64,000 nt of DNA from Candidatus Peribacteria bacterium (GCA_041691135.1 JBEPVF010000001.1:64001-128000); one strand, 5' to 3'; positions 31,036 to 40,749 are shown, counted from the first letter of the stretch. The notes: generated from the sequence alone by a model not told the origin. A program made the numbers and translations.

Positions 31036-31566
31036 ATGTACCGACGGCAATCCAAAGTATCGAGCGAGATTGAAGACTTTCTCAGTGAACGCAGTCCTGA
31101 ATTTTTTGAACGCAAACGGGAACTCATCAATGCTGTTCACTTGAAAATATATGGACGTCCAAGGCGCCCCGGAGAAGACAAGGCAAATGTGTGTGGCTAC
31201 GTGGCATGTGCCGTACGTCATGGAGTGGCTCAATTAATGCCAGATCTACCTGTGAGGACTGTGTATGGCCAGTATGACAATCGACTTCCTCATTATTGGA
31301 ACGAAGTTGGTTGGCAGCGTGGTATGTATATCGACGGTGCACATGGGTATTTCAATCCGGAGTACGAGAATCAGTTTTTGATACTGCCGCGTGCACAGAT
31401 TGAATCGCTAAATTTGGAAGAGTACGAGGGTGGTGGGACATCGTTGGAAGATGCGATGAGAGAAACACTCCTGTTGCAACGACAGCATCCGTTCAAGGAT
31501 TACATGCGAGGCCAGCCCGAAATCATCGCTGCGTATCGTCGTCTGGTCGCATCCTTGCTTGCATGA
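31036..31566 (+). CDS. Hypothetical protein (possible transglutaminase-like C/H/D residues)
   Basis: 176-aa ORF with NVCG, HYWNEV and YIDG; the fold is inferred only. Confidence 0.6.
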   Translation: MYRRQSKVSSEIEDFLSERSPEFFERKRELINAVHLKIYGRPRRPGEDKANVCGYVACAVRHGVAQLMPDLPVRTVYGQYDNRLPHYWNEVGWQRGMYIDGAHGYFNPEYENQFLILPRAQIESLNLEEYEGGGTSLEDAMRETLLLQRQHPFKDYMRGQPEIIAAYRRLVASLLA

Positions 31567-31581
31567 GGGTATCTTTGAGAT

Positions 31582-32142
31582 ATGAAACTGCGCCAGTACG
31601 TGCCGGCTCTCGTCATTATTGGCATCATCATTCTGCATGCAATGATCCTGCATTGGATGGGACGCATTCCCTGGTGCACCTGTGGTTTTGGGCTTTGGAC
31701 GAACAGCGGATGGAGTAACGAGACATCGCAGATGCTTGGGGATCCATATTCTTTTTCGCATGTGCTCCATGGCATTATTTTCTACGCAGTGCTGCGATTG
31801 ATAGCGCCCAAGCTGCCTGTGCGACAGCGTTTGATTCTCGCGGTGCTTATCGAAGTCGCATGGGAGATTACCGAGAATACACCTTTCATCATTGATCGAT
31901 ATCGCGCCGGAACAGCGTCGCTCGATTACACGGGTGACAGTATTCTCAATTCAGTCGGTGATGTGCTGTCGACGATGATAGGCTTCTGGATTGCAGCGCG
32001 CCTGTCGTGGAAGTGGACGCTGACAATCGCCATTGCTTTGGAACTCGGCATGCTTGCAACGCTTCGTGACAACCTGACGCTTAATGTGCTTATGCTGATC
32101 TACCCGATTAAGGCAGTAAAAGAATGGCAGATGGTGAAGTGA
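31582..32142 (+). CDS. DUF2585 (UPF0314) membrane protein
   Basis: MGRIPWCTCG, SQMLGDPYSFSHVLHG, YTGDSILNS, RDNLTLN. Confidence 0.88.
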   Translation: MKLRQYVPALVIIGIIILHAMILHWMGRIPWCTCGFGLWTNSGWSNETSQMLGDPYSFSHVLHGIIFYAVLRLIAPKLPVRQRLILAVLIEVAWEITENTPFIIDRYRAGTASLDYTGDSILNSVGDVLSTMIGFWIAARLSWKWTLTIAIALELGMLATLRDNLTLNVLMLIYPIKAVKEWQMVK

Positions 32143-32277
32143 ATTCTTTGAATAAGTATCAGGAGATTGCAACGACACAGGCTTTCACAGTAGATCAAAA
32201 GCCCTTAGCAGGGGAGAGAGCGATCTATTTTAGAAACAGAGTACGGCAGACGAACGGCGAAGCATGAACACATTTCC

Positions 32278-34113
32278 TCAGTAATGAACCACGGTGATCG
32301 TCACGCTTTTGCGCGCCACTTCGCGTCCGCTCAGATCGCGAGCGATGAATGTGACGACGTACTGCCCTTCGGTACCGTGCCAGTTCCACAGATCCAGATT
32401 GAGCAAAGTTTCCTTGTGCGGATAATCCTGGTTGCTGTTGCTCATCAGGTTTTCGCCGCCGCCATCCACTGACCAATATAAGTTGTACTGACTGAGGTCG
32501 GCATTGGTTAGAAGCGCCTTGAACGGTTGCAACCCCGATACGTGCTGGCCATCGGCCACCCACCACACATCGATTGACCCTGTGAGCGATGCGGAAGAAC
32601 TCCTGGAGCTGCTCGTCGATGATGTCGAAGAGCTGGATGATGTGGAGCTAGACGAAGTGGAACTGCTTACCGAAGTGCTCGAGCTGGAGGAGCTGGTACC
32701 GGCCATGAACGACGCCGCTTCGTTGCTCCAAACGTACAACGGATTCCAATTGCTTCCGAATACGCCTGCTTTAATGAAATATTTGCCGGCCGTCGTTGGC
32801 GTCCAGTTGAATGAATAGGGGACTGTCTGATGCGATGTGAACGACTGATTGTCGTAGTAGTGCTGCGCCATCTGCTGGCCGCCTTCATTGTAAATCTCGA
32901 CGTCCACCACCACGCCGCTCGCGCCGATGCCGGCATTATTTGTAACGTTCACCGTCGTTGTCATAGACTGTCCGATGGCAACCGAGGTTGGTGCTGCCGT
33001 TGCATTGATCGTAAACGTCGTACTTCCCGCGCTTGATGAACTGTTGCTCGAACTTGATGAAGCGGTTCCGCCGCCGGCGAAGAGCGTACGAACGGTTTGT
33101 TCAGCCGGTTTGTTCTGAATCGTGAAGTCGGTGTTGCCCTGTCCTCCGGCGTTGGGATCGCTCTTCCAATCCCACATTTGCAAACCCTTGAAGTTCGGAT
33201 CGTTTTGGAATGCCTGTACCAGGGCGGTGTAATCATTGGATTGCTCCTGTGAGTCGTAATTGCCGCCACGCCAGTACGCCGCCGGTTCTTTGTGTGCGCC
33301 ATCGACGCTCTTGAAGCCGATCTCGGTAAACACGATCGGTTTGTTGTACTGCTGCTCCAGCGGCTTCAGTTCATTGTTATTCCACTGCGTCCAGACATCC
33401 TGCAGTTGCTGTACCGATGGGTCATCATCGCCGAGTCCGCTCGGGTGATACGCCGATATGCCGATATAATCGAGTGCCCCCCAAAAATTGATGCCGGCCT
33501 TCTCGTTCGGATCGTTGTGCTGGGCGCTGTAGGTCAGCTTGCCGCTGTACACGCCACGCAGCGCACTGATCATCGATTTCCAATTGTCCGTGTTGCTTCC
33601 GTTGGCGCTGGCACTCGCCATCTGAGCCAGTTCGGTACCGATGGTAATTTCCTCAGCTCCGTGCGTCGCGGCAATTTTCCCCAGCGGAAGCAGAATCACA
33701 TTTTGGTAATTGGCAAACCACGTCGTCCGGTCGCCGGGATTGATGTATGCCCGCCATTGTCCGTCATCGGATTCCAGATGCGGCTTGAGGTTTACGGCGA
33801 GGCCCAGACTGTGGGCATAATCGATGGCGGCACCGAGCGTTTGATCATCCGGCGAATTCCATGCCTTGGTGATATCCGTCGCCCACAAGCTTGATTGGCG
33901 GTACGGAAGAATGAGAGTGACGTAATTTGCATTGATGCCCTTTAGCTTCTGCAGAGATTGTTTAAACGAGTCACTGCCGAAATCACCACTCCAGGTCGAT
34001 GCGACCGAGCCGCCTTTCTGCCAATCACTTACCGCCGCGAAAGCCGGACTTGCGAGCGAGAACATAAAGATGGCGATACTGCTGGTGCTGAGGAGTACTC
34101 GTGTGCGTTGCAT
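32278..34113 (-). CDS. Secreted glycoside hydrolase, GH113-like, with Ser-rich linkers and Ig-like C-terminal domains
   Basis: Signal peptide; LKPHL, IGTEL, LTYSA, FWGALDYIGISAY, KPIVFTEIG, FTIQNKPAE. Confidence 0.85.
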   Translation of the reverse strand: MQRTRVLLSTSSIAIFMFSLASPAFAAVSDWQKGGSVASTWSGDFGSDSFKQSLQKLKGINANYVTLILPYRQSSLWATDITKAWNSPDDQTLGAAIDYAHSLGLAVNLKPHLESDDGQWRAYINPGDRTTWFANYQNVILLPLGKIAATHGAEEITIGTELAQMASASANGSNTDNWKSMISALRGVYSGKLTYSAQHNDPNEKAGINFWGALDYIGISAYHPSGLGDDDPSVQQLQDVWTQWNNNELKPLEQQYNKPIVFTEIGFKSVDGAHKEPAAYWRGGNYDSQEQSNDYTALVQAFQNDPNFKGLQMWDWKSDPNAGGQGNTDFTIQNKPAEQTVRTLFAGGGTASSSSSNSSSSAGSTTFTINATAAPTSVAIGQSMTTTVNVTNNAGIGASGVVVDVEIYNEGGQQMAQHYYDNQSFTSHQTVPYSFNWTPTTAGKYFIKAGVFGSNWNPLYVWSNEAASFMAGTSSSSSSTSVSSSTSSSSTSSSSSTSSTSSSRSSSASLTGSIDVWWVADGQHVSGLQPFKALLTNADLSQYNLYWSVDGGGENLMSNSNQDYPHKETLLNLDLWNWHGTEGQYVVTFIARDLSGREVARKSVTITVVHY

Positions 34114-34141
34114 AGGGGGCGGGAAGATTGATGGCTATTTT

Positions 34142-34166
34142 GACGCGTCAACTGGCCGCTCCTTAC
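34142..34166 (-). promoter_or_regulatory. Putative ECF-type promoter GTAAG-N16-CGTC upstream of GH113
   Basis: Minus strand GTAAG gagcggccagttgacg CGTCAAAA. Confidence 0.55.
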
Positions 34167-34259
34167 GCGAGCCGTATGATTTCTCCATACTTTCCAAAAA
34201 CTGTCCCGGTCTTTAAAAAGAGTTTCTCGTGCCGCCGTTATCCGTCATACTGCCTGCCG

Positions 34260-36230
34260 ATGTTCCGATCGCTCTCGCTTATACGTGTCGCTGAGCTTAT
34301 TCTGCTCTGGTTTCTCGCCTTCGCTATTCTGTGGAAAGGCGGGAAAAGTCTGGAGACGACATGGCTGTTGCCATTGGTCAGTTGTTTGTGGGTATATGTT
34401 TCGTGGCGGACGTCGCCTCGTACGGGTGCGTCGGTCCGGCCGTTCCTGTGGAGTTCAGTGCTGTTGTTTCTGCTGTGGTCCGTTCTCAGTTACATCTTTT
34501 CGCTGACACAAAACTACGGACTGGATGAATTGCTGCGCGACATCTCCCTCTTTCTTCTGATGCTGTGCATCAGTCGCATCGAATGGCCGCGCTTTTCTGC
34601 CGAGCGAACGATGCGGTGGCTGGCATGGTGTGCCTTTGTTGCGGCACTTGCCGGATTCGTCGTCTACATTCTGCAACCCGTGAATCGCTTTGTGGGTACA
34701 TTTTTTGATTTCCGTTTTCAAACCGATTACTGGCCCAATGCGTGGGCCGAGTTTGTCCTGCTCGCCTGGCCGAGCGTGTTGTGGCTTGCGGTGACGTCGT
34801 CATCCCAAACGCGCCTTATCCGGTTGGGTATGCTCGGGGTTGTTCTGAGCGGATTACTTCTCAGTTATTCACGCGGCGGAATGCTCGCCTTCGGCGGACA
34901 ACTCGCGCTGCTCTTGCTCTTGCTGGTCATCAGAGGCTGGCCGCTTCATAAGAATCTTGTTCGTGGGTTCAGTCGGTATCCGTGGAAAAAAATTGTTATC
35001 TCTGCCGGTGCGGTGGTGGGGATGGCAGTCGTTTTGTTCGTCATCACGAACCTCATTCGATCCAACTTCTACGAGGTGCAGGATATTGAATCCAAAGTGA
35101 CCTTCAACGCTGCCGAAGGTAACTCGTCCATCACCGAACGTTCGGCATTCTGGCAGCAAGCTGTATTGCTCACCCGCGAGCGGCCGTTGCTCGGTTGGGG
35201 GCCGGAGAGTTTTCGTTTTGTTCAGCCTTTGTTACAGCGAGGCATTCTGGCAACAGCGGATCATCCGCACAACGTGATACTGAAGCTGGCAATGGAACGC
35301 GGCGTGCCGGCGGCATTGCTGTACCTCTGTATTCTGCTCGCCATCTTGGGCGTGTCGCTGCGACGCGAGATTTTCTCAACGGATGAATCGGTGTTGACCG
35401 TTCGAGCAGTGCTTCTTGTTTCTGTCTGTGGTGTGCTGGCGCACAATATGATCGATTACAACCTGCAGTTCGTCGGTATCGTTCTTCCATTCACTCTGTT
35501 TCTGGGATTTCTGGCGCGCGATATACCGACGCATCCTCGCGAATCGATTCCACGCAGCTTTCAAAAAGCAGTCGAGGTCGTCATCGCTATCGTGCTCTTG
35601 ATTCTCACGGTGTGGGAAGGGAGGTATCTGGTTCTTTCGTCCTTTGGCCGGCATGCCGAAGCGGTGCACGACGATGCGGCGGCGTTGCAGTGGTTCGAGG
35701 CGTCCAAGGGCGAACTCTTTTCGCGGGATCTGTTTTTGAGTCACGCACAACTGCTGCTCGATCAAGGCAAGTCTCGGGATGCCGAAATGGTACTGGGACG
35801 ATACTTGGCGGTGAACGGCCAGGATTACCGGGTGTGGAAACTGCTCGGGACGGTGCTCGTTGCCCGCAACCGCCCGGATGACGCGCTGATTGCTTATGAA
35901 CACGCGTACGCGTACGGCTATCAGAATGATCTGAGTATCCTTCGTTCGTTGCTCGAATTGCTCGAAATGACGGGGAACCAGGATGCCCTGCGTGTCTGGA
36001 AGCCAAAGGCCGAGAAGCTCCTCGCGTCCTATGCGAATGCCATTGAACAGAATACGCACTATATTTCTCTGTCGACGAATGTAGAAGAATTCGAAAAAGT
36101 GACCACCTTCCTCTCGAGTCACTTTCCGGATGATAAGCATTCATACGACGTACTTCTGGAGATCGTTAAACAGCATGCAAAAGACGCCAGGAGCAAGATC
36201 AAGGCCCGCCCCCCAGGATTCCTGTGGTAA
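34260..36230 (+). CDS. O-antigen ligase (Wzy_C) family protein with TPR-like C-terminus
   Basis: SYSRGG, ER..FW, PLLGWG, HPHNVILKLAMERG. Confidence 0.85.
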   Translation: MFRSLSLIRVAELILLWFLAFAILWKGGKSLETTWLLPLVSCLWVYVSWRTSPRTGASVRPFLWSSVLLFLLWSVLSYIFSLTQNYGLDELLRDISLFLLMLCISRIEWPRFSAERTMRWLAWCAFVAALAGFVVYILQPVNRFVGTFFDFRFQTDYWPNAWAEFVLLAWPSVLWLAVTSSSQTRLIRLGMLGVVLSGLLLSYSRGGMLAFGGQLALLLLLLVIRGWPLHKNLVRGFSRYPWKKIVISAGAVVGMAVVLFVITNLIRSNFYEVQDIESKVTFNAAEGNSSITERSAFWQQAVLLTRERPLLGWGPESFRFVQPLLQRGILATADHPHNVILKLAMERGVPAALLYLCILLAILGVSLRREIFSTDESVLTVRAVLLVSVCGVLAHNMIDYNLQFVGIVLPFTLFLGFLARDIPTHPRESIPRSFQKAVEVVIAIVLLILTVWEGRYLVLSSFGRHAEAVHDDAAALQWFEASKGELFSRDLFLSHAQLLLDQGKSRDAEMVLGRYLAVNGQDYRVWKLLGTVLVARNRPDDALIAYEHAYAYGYQNDLSILRSLLELLEMTGNQDALRVWKPKAEKLLASYANAIEQNTHYISLSTNVEEFEKVTTFLSSHFPDDKHSYDVLLEIVKQHAKDARSKIKARPPGFLW

Positions 36231-36556
36231 GTGTCTAAACGAGGCAGAATTTCAGCAGTCGATTTTTTGTTTAACAGAAGCCATAAAATTGGCACTCTAG
36301 TGGGGTCTTTTTTGGAAGTACTGATCGGCCAGTACGCACTGCCATATTAGAGTAATAAATATTATTTTAGTCAAATATCCCTATGCCGAATGAATTACTC
36401 AGGCTAAGAGCGAACGGCAGGTCAGTATGTAAACAATACTTTCTTTTCCTACCGTCAAAAATTCCTCCCCCGCAGTACGGGAAGGTTACCGATTTATATA
36501 CCGCGTCCCACGTATCGTTCTTTTGGAGAGCGGTGTCCGTTGTTCACTCCCATCTC

Positions 36557-36670
36557 TCAGCGCATAGCCGGGAGGCTCACCACCTGTATCACGATGAAGG
36601 TGATGATCGCTGCATGCACAAGCACGAGCGGGAGTGAAGCGCGGGTTAGGGATTGCTTCACTGCTTTCAT
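36557..36670 (-). CDS. 37-aa single-TM peptide in its own transcription unit
   Basis: MKAVKQSLTRASLPLVLVHAAIITFIVIQVVSLPAMR; AGGGGG SD; promoter TAGACA-N16-TACAAT at 36697-36724; terminator near 36457-36487. Confidence 0.55.
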   Translation of the reverse strand: MKAVKQSLTRASLPLVLVHAAIITFIVIQVVSLPAMR

Positions 36671-36810
36671 AGTACCCCCTTTGAGAGGGGACGGGCATTG
36701 TAAGGGTTTACTATTTGTTGTCTAGCATTAAGTAAGTAGATTCATTTATGCCTTAAAATTGATAATCTTTGGCCCTTTGGTAGATCGGTGTTCATTGCAG
36801 GAGTTCATTA

Positions 36811-37242
36811 CTATTGTATGCTGCTATGATCTAATGGTTTATTAGAGTTTTTTTCATTAATCTCGTCAATAGCTGCCTGTCCGGCTTCAATCCCAAAACG
36901 GACATAGCCCAAATGCAGATGCTCAAGGATCTCGGGAGCGTCCAGCGGTTGCCGCACGGCGGTTTTTGCCAGCAGTTGGCAAGTAAGAGTGTAATCGTGC
37001 CTGCCAGACTGCCAAAAAGCTTCAGATGGTGTGTCGACGGCAGATAACAGTTTATTGAAGGCTTCGGCGGTAAGGAACGACAGAAAACGTATTCTCTCGA
37101 ATGTTACAGCTTGATCGCTCTCCAGAAGCTCCTGCATTGTCCGTTTTCTTTCCTGGTAAATAGTCTCGAGTTCCTCAAGGGAACAATATTTGTCACGACT
37201 TGCCAGGAATGTGCCGCGCGATTCGGGGGAAGGACTAGACAT
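36811..37242 (-). CDS. Hypothetical protein downstream of the Ile/Thr leader
   Basis: 143-aa ORF starting about 15 nt after the attenuator U-tract. Confidence 0.65.
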   Translation of the reverse strand: MSSPSPESRGTFLASRDKYCSLEELETIYQERKRTMQELLESDQAVTFERIRFLSFLTAEAFNKLLSAVDTPSEAFWQSGRHDYTLTCQLLAKTAVRQPLDAPEILEHLHLGYVRFGIEAGQAAIDEINEKNSNKPLDHSSIQ

Positions 37243-37256
37243 AGGTGGACAGAGAG

Positions 37257-37401
37257 AAAAATCCCGCCATGCGCGGGAAGAGGAAGGAAAGTTCGGATCA
37301 GCTTCACCCTCTCACGCGTAGCGCGAGATAATAATAGTGATGCTGATGGTCGACAACCGCGTCATCGCCGGTGAATCTAGTGTGCTCGGTGGAAAAGTCA
37401 A
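37257..37401 (-). promoter_or_regulatory. Ile/Thr leader-peptide attenuator (leader ORF 37312-37365)
   Basis: TTGACT-N16-TAGATT promoter; leader MTRLSTISITIIISRYA; terminator TCCCGC-gcatg-GCGGGA-TTTTT; overlapping antiterminator CGCGTGAGAGG/CCTCTTCCCGCG. Confidence 0.75.
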
Positions 37402-37468
37402 CAATGTGGATGGTGACCGCTCGATTATCTCTTACGACAGGGGAATACTCACACGATGACGGCAGCCA

Positions 37469-38554
37469 TCAGTACTTCTTGCGCGTCAAAAAAGGTTTCT
37501 CGATGCAGAAATAGGTCGCAGCTGAAAGGCCTAACGTCAATGTGAGTGCGATCAAAAATTTAGAGGACACACCAAATGATAATCGTGTCACTTGTTGGAT
37601 GATGATGAAATGCCAGATGTAGAAGCTGTAACTTATCGTCCCTACTCCCAACAGAACGCGATTGCTGACTGCCGTCTTCACCCAGGAAAAAGTATGAGCG
37701 AGTGAGAAGAGAAACGAAGCGGTGGATAGGCCGACAAGCGAGTGAAGGAACACTTGTGAATAATAATGATCCCTGAATGTCTGTTGCAGTGTTGCGAACA
37801 GATGGATGCTGATGCCGAGCCCGCCCAAACTGATCAATAGCAGAAGCAATGCCGCTAACTTGGCAGTGGCTGACTGCATTGATTGCTTATGCGCGATAAA
37901 AATCGTCGCCCACGATGCCAATATGCCAAAAGCAAAATGATCCAATAGCCCGATAAAATTCTCGGTGTAGATGATCCGTTGTTCCTGATTCCACGCGGGA
38001 TAGAAGTCGGCAATGTACACGCGGAACCAGTAGGTGATGCTGACCATCAGCAGGCATCCCAGAAGAATCAACAGAGTGTTTCTCCTGGTAAAGAGGAAGA
38101 AGATCGGCAGGAAAGCATAGAAGATCATCTCGACTGATAAGCTCCACAGCACCGGATTGATGCCGTAATACGTGCTGGCACTCATACTCTGCAAAAAAAG
38201 CAAATGACTGGCGATGTTCATCAAGCCGGATCGTGTGAGCATCATCTGAGGCACGACGAAAATAAGAAATATGAAAAGAGAGAAATAATAAATAGGTGCG
38301 ATGCGCAAAAACCGCCGCTGCAGGTACTTCATGTTCGCGCCGTGAAAATAGATGGAACGGTAAATGAGGAAGCCGCTGAGCACGAAGAACATATCCAGTC
38401 CGATGTGACCGGCTTGAAACACGGGTGCAAGATTCATTCCCAAGAAATGGACATGCGATAGTTGATTAATGCCGTAGAAATGAAAGATGAACACCAGAAG
38501 AGCGGCCACGCCCCTGATGGAATCGAACCCAATCAATTTTTGTTGCTGTAGCAT
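37469..38554 (-). CDS. Acyltransferase family 3 (OafA-like)
   Basis: DSIRGVAALLV, DMFFVLSGFLI, RRFLRI, WSLSVEMIFY, ISYSFYIWH, IEKP. Confidence 0.93.
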   Translation of the reverse strand: MLQQQKLIGFDSIRGVAALLVFIFHFYGINQLSHVHFLGMNLAPVFQAGHIGLDMFFVLSGFLIYRSIYFHGANMKYLQRRFLRIAPIYYFSLFIFLIFVVPQMMLTRSGLMNIASHLLFLQSMSASTYYGINPVLWSLSVEMIFYAFLPIFFLFTRRNTLLILLGCLLMVSITYWFRVYIADFYPAWNQEQRIIYTENFIGLLDHFAFGILASWATIFIAHKQSMQSATAKLAALLLLLISLGGLGISIHLFATLQQTFRDHYYSQVFLHSLVGLSTASFLFSLAHTFSWVKTAVSNRVLLGVGTISYSFYIWHFIIIQQVTRLSFGVSSKFLIALTLTLGLSAATYFCIEKPFLTRKKY

Positions 38555-38650
38555 GATGTACCAGAGATGTAATAAATGTAGCTCTGCTCCTGTTCACTTT
38601 TTACATCTGCTTACGTTGTATTTACATCACATAATCCTCAGAGCGAAGGT

Positions 38651-38727
38651 TGGTCGGGACGACAGGACTTGAACCTGCGACCTCGTGCTCCCGAAGCACG
38701 CGCTCTAGCCAACTGAGCTACGTCCCG
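38651..38727 (-). tRNA. tRNA-Pro(CGG)
   Basis: CGGGACG/CGTCCCG acceptor stem, CGTGC-TTCGGGA-GCACG anticodon arm, encoded CCA. Confidence 0.96.
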
Positions 38728-38789
38728 AACTCCTGGATAGTACCAAAGAGGCCGGGTATCGGAAACAAATTATCATCGCTCGGGAGGCA

Positions 38790-38960
38790 TTATTTGCCGT
38801 TTCCGACGCCTACCGCGTCTTTCGATCCCATGTCGGAGAATGTACCGCCGAATTTTTTATCGGCCGGTTTCTCTTCCATGCCTTCGGCATGCTTGGATCC
38901 CATGTCGGTAAACGTGCCGCCGAAGCCGGTGCCTTTTTTGGTGATAGTGCGTTTGGCCAT
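38790..38960 (-). CDS. 56-aa hydrophilic peptide with an internal FGGTF(T/S)DMGSK duplication
   Basis: Not in the ORF track. MAKRTITKKGTGFGGTFTDMGSKHAEGMEEKPADKKFGGTFSDMGSKDAVGVGNGK; repeat copies differ mainly at synonymous sites; C/T-rich start region. Confidence 0.75.
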   Translation of the reverse strand: MAKRTITKKGTGFGGTFTDMGSKHAEGMEEKPADKKFGGTFSDMGSKDAVGVGNGK

Positions 38961-38996
38961 ACAAAGAGGGGGAAAGTATGTAGAGACTACTTTTGT

Positions 38997-39021
38997 GACG
39001 GTGAGCGGGGATTCTTCTTAC
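38997..39021 (-). promoter_or_regulatory. Putative ECF-type promoter GTAAG-N16-CGTC upstream of the 56-aa peptide
   Basis: Minus strand TGGTAAG aagaatccccgctcac CGTCACAA. Confidence 0.55.
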
Positions 39022-39116
39022 CACAGAGTGACGATCGATTCATCGGTGTTGCAAAGACACGCAGCTATGGCCCGCTGCCTTGCGTATCACTTCCATCGAC
39101 GCGTATCATTCGCTTC

Positions 39117-40064
39117 ATGTCGAAACAAGAGTCTGCAATTGTCGCCGCTGGATTTCTGGCCTTGTTCGGCATCATCTTTTACACCACGCAGTGCGGCACC
39201 AACGGTTGCAACACCGGTGTCGGTCATTTGCCGACAAATTTTGCCGAATGCGTCGCAGCCGGTTACCGTGTTCGACAAACGATGCCGCGTCAGTGCCAAT
39301 CTCCTGACGGCACATTGTTTACAGAGGATGCGCAGGGGACGACGGGAAAGCCGAAGAAGCCCGTTGTCGATGTAGTGAAAGTGACGGAGCCGGTGGCGAA
39401 AGCGTCCATTGGCGTACCGGTGAGTATCAAAGGCACAGCCAATGTATTTGAGGACCAGGTGAACTACCGGGTAGTCGATATCGACGGGACGGTACTGGCC
39501 GAAGGGCATGTAAAAACGGAAAGCGGTGCGTTGGATGTCTTCAAAGCATTCCAGATTAAAGCGTCGTATACTGAACCCTACGGCGATCATGGGACGGTCG
39601 ACGTATTCGAACGGACAGCTGATGGACAGGAAGACGGCTTGGTATCGGTGCCGGTATCTTTTACGAAGGTCGATCGCATTCCCGTGCAGCTGTTCTTCAT
39701 GAATGCAAAGAAGGACCCGCAGCGCTTGCACTGTGATGTGACCTACGCGGTGACACACAAGATTCCTCCCACCGACTCACCCGAAAAATCCGCGCTGCTT
39801 GCATTGCTTGATGGCACTCTGGCTGTAGATAAAAAGAATGGCTACGAAACGGCGGTGCCGGTCAGTGCATTGTTGAAGGATTTTCAATTGGACAAGGGGA
39901 CTGCAACTGTCGATTTCAGCAAAGAATTGTCTGACCAAGTCGCCGGCTCGTGTCGCACGGCGGCCGTTCGCAGTCAGATTACGCAAACATTGCTCCAGTT
40001 TCCGACGGTGAAAAAAGTCGTCATCACGGTGGAAGGCAGCAGTAAGGGAGTGCTCGGCAAATGA
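39117..40064 (+). CDS. Gmad2 Ig-like + GerMN domain protein
   Basis: NFAECVAAGY, GTANVFE, GSCRTAAVRSQITQTLLQFPTV. Confidence 0.85.
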   Translation: MSKQESAIVAAGFLALFGIIFYTTQCGTNGCNTGVGHLPTNFAECVAAGYRVRQTMPRQCQSPDGTLFTEDAQGTTGKPKKPVVDVVKVTEPVAKASIGVPVSIKGTANVFEDQVNYRVVDIDGTVLAEGHVKTESGALDVFKAFQIKASYTEPYGDHGTVDVFERTADGQEDGLVSVPVSFTKVDRIPVQLFFMNAKKDPQRLHCDVTYAVTHKIPPTDSPEKSALLALLDGTLAVDKKNGYETAVPVSALLKDFQLDKGTATVDFSKELSDQVAGSCRTAAVRSQITQTLLQFPTVKKVVITVEGSSKGVLGK

Positions 40065-40148
40065 AAGTTACGTCCGCGAAAAGGTGGGTAATAGGTGCGT
40101 ATACTCCATTTGGTGTATACTCGGGATGTTTCTTTCCTCTCTTCTTCC

Positions 40149-40739
40149 ATGGATACTCTTGCTCCCCCCGCTCCACGGCGTTCAAAACTCCTGTGGATCG
40201 TCATTGGTGTTATCGTTCTTCTTGGCTTGTGGGTAATTGCCAGTTATAACGGCCTGGTAAGTTCAAAAACAGGGGTTGAATCGTCCTGGGCACAGGTGGA
40301 GACGCAGTATCAGCGTCGCTTCGACTTGGTTCCAAATCTGGTGAGTACGGTAAAAGGAGCCGCCAATTTTGAGGAGAATACGTATGTTGCAGTGACACAG
40401 GCGCGTTCACAATTTGCTGCCGCTCCCTCACGTGACGATAAAATCGCCGTGGCACAGAATTTTGAATCGTCCCTGTCCCGTTTGCTCGTAACGGTCGAGG
40501 CCTATCCTCAGCTGAAGGCGACACAGGCGTTCCAAGATCTTATGACTCAACTGGAAGGCACGGAAAATCGCATCGGTGTTGCCCGCAAGGATTACAACGA
40601 TGCCGTCGCCAGTTTCAATGTGAAGGTACGGATGTTCCCAGGCAGTATTTTCGCGTCGATGTTCGGATTCGCTCCCGAGAAATTCTTTGAGTCCGCTCAG
40701 GGTGCTAATACGGCCCCGTCGGTGGACTTTAGCAGTTAA
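40149..40739 (+). CDS. lemA: LemA family protein
   Basis: YNGLV, WAQVETQYQRRFDLVPNLV, EAYPQLKA, LEGTENRI. Confidence 0.95.
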   Translation: MDTLAPPAPRRSKLLWIVIGVIVLLGLWVIASYNGLVSSKTGVESSWAQVETQYQRRFDLVPNLVSTVKGAANFEENTYVAVTQARSQFAAAPSRDDKIAVAQNFESSLSRLLVTVEAYPQLKATQAFQDLMTQLEGTENRIGVARKDYNDAVASFNVKVRMFPGSIFASMFGFAPEKFFESAQGANTAPSVDFSS

Positions 40740-40749
40740 TACTTTGTCC

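Noticed and set aside
32590-32700. Ser-codon low-complexity tracts (also about 57630-57800)
   Set aside because: These are ordinary Ser/Thr-rich linkers between extracellular domains.
37340-37375. Fluoride riboswitch (GGCGATG start)
   Set aside because: It lacks the downstream pairing and the conserved 3' motif; the leader-peptide attenuator explains the sequence better.
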